A stretch of DNA of 55,307 nt, filler included, from Trypethelium eluteriae (lineage: Eukaryota), in the NCBI GenBank assembly GCA_051942245.1. It is 4 parts of 4 records of this genome, joined end to end, with 100 filler letters (N's around TTAATTAATTAA, not from the genome) between each part and the next. Parts side by side here need not be neighbours in the genome. Positions count along the whole stretch, not along the records: positions 41,575 to 55,307 come from JAVECL010000719.1; 3 more parts are not named here. One strand, given 5' to 3'. The translations under genes were made by a program, and so were the position numbers. This document shows positions 51,001 through 55,307 of this stretch, one piece after another; within the stretch, counting starts at the first letter, position 1; every line of letters starts with the position of its first letter. The notes under the pieces were generated by a model, which was given only the letters and a program-made list of their open reading frames with translations, did not search any database and had not been told where the DNA came from.

Positions 51001-52124
51001 TGCGTTGTGCATGAGGGCGAGTGTGTTCCTGGAACAGGATTGAAGGCGAGGGATAGCAATCCGTTTGTTGACCATTTCCGAGGAATGTTTGCTTCTCTGG
51101 AAGACTTCCACCCGGATCCAAATGCGCGCACTGCAAGAGGGCTTTCAATCTTTCTGCCCGTTCGAGCCCAGACACCATTCACGAAAACGCGACAACGGCA
51201 GACAAGCGATAGTCGAATAAACGATGACAAGTAAGAACCCACTGCAGTACCAACAGAATTGGCAGATGCGACAACCCTGATTCTTGCTTCTTTGAACGCA
51301 ACCGTGGAAGACAACAGGAAAGCTGCTGAATGGGACCAAGTATATCGCCCGGTTGGTGATATCGACGCGCGCCTCCAATTGAAGGTCTTACCCATCTCGG
51401 CGCATGATACAGACCAGTTAAACCAAGCTTCAGACTAGGTTTTTACCTCCAAGCTGCAACCGTACTGTATGCAGGCTCCATGTTTCGGGCGAGCAAGAAG
51501 GTTAATCACAAAGCCCGTGACTTTTACCGCGAGACTACCTCTTCGAAGGCGAGAAGAGAGACCGTAGAATCATTAGGGTTAAGTTACGATGCTCATTCTC
51601 CTCATCAGGTCTTTCTGCAACGAGGTTAAGGACTTCGGCGCAGGGACCTTGGTGATGAAGAGGCTCTTAGGCATCCCGGCCGCAAGGCTGGAAGATAAGC
51701 ATCGTCGAACTGCTGGGAGAGTGTAATGCGTAATTTGTGAATTCACGCCGAGGGCGCGAATGAAAAGCAGACAGAGGACCGAAGTTGGAAGGCTTCCAGG
51801 CTCCACGGCGTCAATTTCATCGAAGAATTGGAGAAGATTAGAAGACAAAGAAGAGGGCCAGCAAGACACGACATGCTCGAAATGTAAGAGGAGAAGGTAA
51901 GACATATCTGCAACATGCGAAGGTCATTGATAGGAGAAGAAGGTACGCACTACGGAGTAGCAGCGAGATGCAATGAAAGTCGGGTGGCTGACGCGCTAAC
52001 GAAAACAATGCGACGCGCGTGCACGTGCCAGTACTAGAGTACCCCAAGGCGGTGAAGGTCATATCATATGAGTCCTTCAATCGCATTGCTCAAGTCTCTC
52101 TTTTTCCTGGGAGTCTCAAAAGAC

Positions 52125-55100
52125 ATGAACAAATTAAATAATGCCCTAGAAGGGGCTCGTCGCTTCATAGAGCCGCTCACTGACGCAAGTGAGTTTTGAT
52201 GTGCCATCATATCGACGTGGGTTGAACGGAATTGCAGACCAGGCCAATGGCCACCTTCGGGTGGGCTCTGTATTACAAGCTCAACAAATTCTATCCAGAC
52301 TGCATCCACTCCTAGAAGATGAAAGGATAGAGAAGATCTCCGCTGGAGAAGCTTTGGATGTCTACGATAATTTCCGCGTGGCGACAGTCTCCATACTCTT
52401 GGAGTTCATTGCTATATGGGGACTCTTGCCCTGCCTTCCGCCAGAGGCAGCGGAAGTCAAGAAACTGAAATATATACCTCAGCCTGTTCGCGATAATCAT
52501 GCAAAACAATCAAGCTCATCTAGACAACAAATCTCACGCGTAATAGCAATGCCTCTAGTCATTATCGCCACCGAGACAGGTAAAGGCATCGAACCAATTT
52601 TGAGGGACAATGTACTACCAATCATTACCTGCGCGGCTGCGATCGCAATAGACCCAAGTGCCAAATCAGCAGCGCCTGTTGAATCACCTTTTCAGACATT
52701 TCACGACTTTGCTGACCGGTGAGCGGACGATCAGGTGGTGTTATACATCTTGTCCTTTGGGCTAAACTCGTCATCTTAGTCTTCCTATGGTAATCCTTCT
52801 TCCATTGCTCACATCTTTGGTTAGGTCTATCAAGGACCCAAACTTGCATGGTCTCTTTGCTACGGAACTTGCAGTACTTCCCCTCCGTGATCACGGTGTG
52901 CAGCATATCATTGAATTTATCGCCTCTTCGCTTGTACCTCCTTCGGCAGTGAAAGAAAGCCAGGGTGACCTTCAAAGCCAAGATCAAGAGATTCCGATGT
53001 CTTTAGAAGCTCTGCAACAAGCGTCACGGCTTCTCTCGTCTGTCCCTGAATCATTGGATACCCATGAATACTTTGAGAGTGTAGCACCACAGCTTCTGTC
53101 CCTCCTGGATGGCACCTGCGGTACAACGATGGCTACCGCAGCAGCATACATCATCGGAACCGGCATTCTAGGAAAACGCTCGACTGGCGCTCCTGGCACA
53201 GTAGGCTGGGAACTTCTCGCGAAACCGTTGATCGAGACCATCAACCCAGAATTGAACCAGCAATCCGGCCAGCCGCTCGCACCGCGGGCCCCGGGTAGAA
53301 TTCCTCTTGGAAAAGTCCTCGTCTCGAGCACACAGCTAGATCTTGCTCTGAGGCGACTTTCCAAAATTATTCTATCTCACCCCAACCCTGGCCTCACAAA
53401 AAGGCTTTTACGTTCACTGATCCTTCCTCTTTGGGGCCTTACCAGCTCGAAGGAGGAGCCCTCTGCGGATCGGTCAACGCCTTCCACTGCATGGGATCTA
53501 CTCGAAACGTATATCCGCTTATACGCAAGTGCAGAACAAATTAGTGACGTTGCTAAGAACCTTCTGTTTGACGGACCTCCCGAATGGATCCTTGTTGTTG
53601 GCGACGATGGTCATTTCGGAATTCAGCCGCGTGACGAATCTCAACAGGGTGCATCTAAGCTTCTAGACCAAATGACAGATCTTGATCGTCGAACGAATCT
53701 ATTCGTCAAACTCCTTTCTGACTGTGACTTACAGAACCATGTACTGTGTGCAGTGTTCTCAAATACTGTAAAAGACTGGCTATCATCGCAGAAAGCGATC
53801 GACTCAGCTTCATCTAGTGCACTGCGGGTTCCAGAACGCTTTCTTTTCCGTCCTCTGATTGGACTGAGGCTTGCAACGGAGATGGTCACTCACTTTCAAG
53901 ACAACCTCGCAAGCCAAACTTTGGAAGTTGTACGAATTGTTGGCTGGCTCCTGGCTGAAGTTGCTCAAAGTTTCGATAACGACACTAACAGCGATCAAGT
54001 GACTGCTAGCTTAACCCTCGCTCAGCTTGGAGAAATATCGCAAGCGGCTGTCAGAGATAGTCAAGCGAATGTCTCGAAACAGCCGTCCAGCGAATCTTTG
54101 ACCATAGCTGCCATATCAATTAGTCTGCTAGATACGGCTTTGCAGACTCCCGATGCCGATCTCGTTCCTGGAGCGAAACAACACCTAGAATCTATCAAAG
54201 CCTCCATAAAGATTATAGGTCAACGAAGTCGTGATTTGCCGCTTTCACTGATGACTTCTATGACAAGTGTTGAATCACGGATGGACACCATTTTGCATGG
54301 CAAAGACAGCGTAGATCCATCCATCGAGCGAACCGAGAAAATCCCGTCGAAGGGCCCGGAGGCTGCCTTGGATCGATTAGATGAAGACCGTCAAGTCTAC
54401 AGAGTAGCAATGGCGAACTTTTCCTCTCAACAGCCGCCGGTCCGAGTCGAGGGTCTATCTAGCCTCTCAGCACTCATCAACGCATCTTCACCTGCCGTTG
54501 ACGTTCCTGCCACAACGGTAATGCTCCTTACCATGCTGAGCGAAGACGACCCTATGAGGATCAAGACACGATCAGTTCGTTCTCCCGATCAAAGCGACCC
54601 AGAGGAAGCAGACCCCTACGTCGTCCTCGCAACGCTCTCTACCCTTACCCAACTCGCCAAGTACGAACCTCGCATCGTCATCCCTCTTTTACTAGATACC
54701 TACCTCGACCGCTCTACCAGCCACAGCCTGGACGCCCGGCTGCGTATCGCCGAAGCACTCGGTTCCACCGTTGATGCGTTCTTCTCCCAGCGTACCCCAG
54801 AATCCGTGCCCCAAACTATACGCGAGCACTTCATCGTCCAAATCGCCGAAGCCGCCCTCATTCTCTCCAGCCGACGCAGTCGCAACATCCCCAACGCCCA
54901 ACCCGCCAATACCAGCACATCCCCGCCCCAACCACCACCACCATTAGCAGACGAAGAACACACTCTCCCTACTCCTCCGCCACCCAACAACCACGACGAA
55001 ACCCTCCACCACATCCTCTCTTCCTGGTCCCTCACCCCCCACAACGAAGAAGACCTCCGCCTCCGCGCCTCGGCGCTCTCTCTCCTCTCCCGCCTACTCT

Positions 55101-55307
55101 CCTCCTCTTCCTCTTCTATCCTGCCCCTCCTGGGCACCACTCCACTGCTATCTACAATCGTCGACACCGCATGCGCGGTGCTGCGCTTCGAGCGCGGACC
55201 CGAGAATGCGATCGCGCGGCGCGCGGCGGCGGTGTTGCTTGTGGCATTTGTGCGGGCGGTGGCGGGCGTGTGGGAGGACGAAGGAGAGGAAGGGTTGATG
55301 AGGGCGG
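52125..55307 (+). CDS. RTP1: RNA polymerase II assembly/nuclear-import factor Rtp1 (TANGO6 family), 3' end runs off the window
   Basis: ATG 52125, introns ~52189-52237 and ~52719-52779, then a long open frame not listed in the ORF track because it has no stop: SLEALQQASRLLSSVP..YFESVAPQLLSLLDG..AAAYIIGTGILGKRSTGAPGTVGW..SHPNPGLTKRLL..PPVRVEGL..DPYVVL..LDARLRIAEAL..DLRLRASALSLL. Confidence 0.85.

Noticed and set aside
1..55307. tRNA, rRNA, CRISPR arrays, transposase or retroelement ORFs, RIP-degraded AT-rich blocks
   Set aside because: None recognised on either strand by eye.

Overview
Intron-rich filamentous ascomycete DNA (Pezizomycotina; Dothideomycete-like is my impression, not verified). 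The window is not one locus. It is four contigs of steadily decreasing length (13,774 / 13,763 / 13,737 / 13,733 bp) joined by identical artificial 100-bp N44-TTAATTAATTAA-N44 spacers, so genes are cut at the joins and neighbours across gaps are probably unrelated. Contig 1: VHS/GAT trafficking adaptor (partial), APC4, coatomer delta, an acidic DUF2420/Rmr1-like protein, NIPA-type Mg2+ transporter (partial). Contig 2: medusa (medA) with a long, uORF-rich leader and a candidate CUG start, plus the last codons of a Csf1-like gene. Contig 3: HSF-domain Sfl1-like factor (partial), a three-gene oxidative cluster, a 180-bp TA-flanked foldback element and a RanBD/Nup2-like C-terminus. Contig 4: a large secreted propeller/Ig/5xWSC protein and Rtp1/TANGO6 (partial). 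The best candidate for an undescribed system is the cluster at 32.2-39.6 kb. It has a Ppo/linoleate-diol-synthase-type dioxygenase whose fused P450 domain has lost its heme Cys. Head-to-head with it is a signal-peptide-less heme-thiolate peroxidase carrying Gln, in an NxxQ motif, where the catalytic Glu is expected, followed by a DUF1772 protein. This suggests a possible split oxylipin pathway. All family assignments come from recognising motifs by eye, not from database searches.
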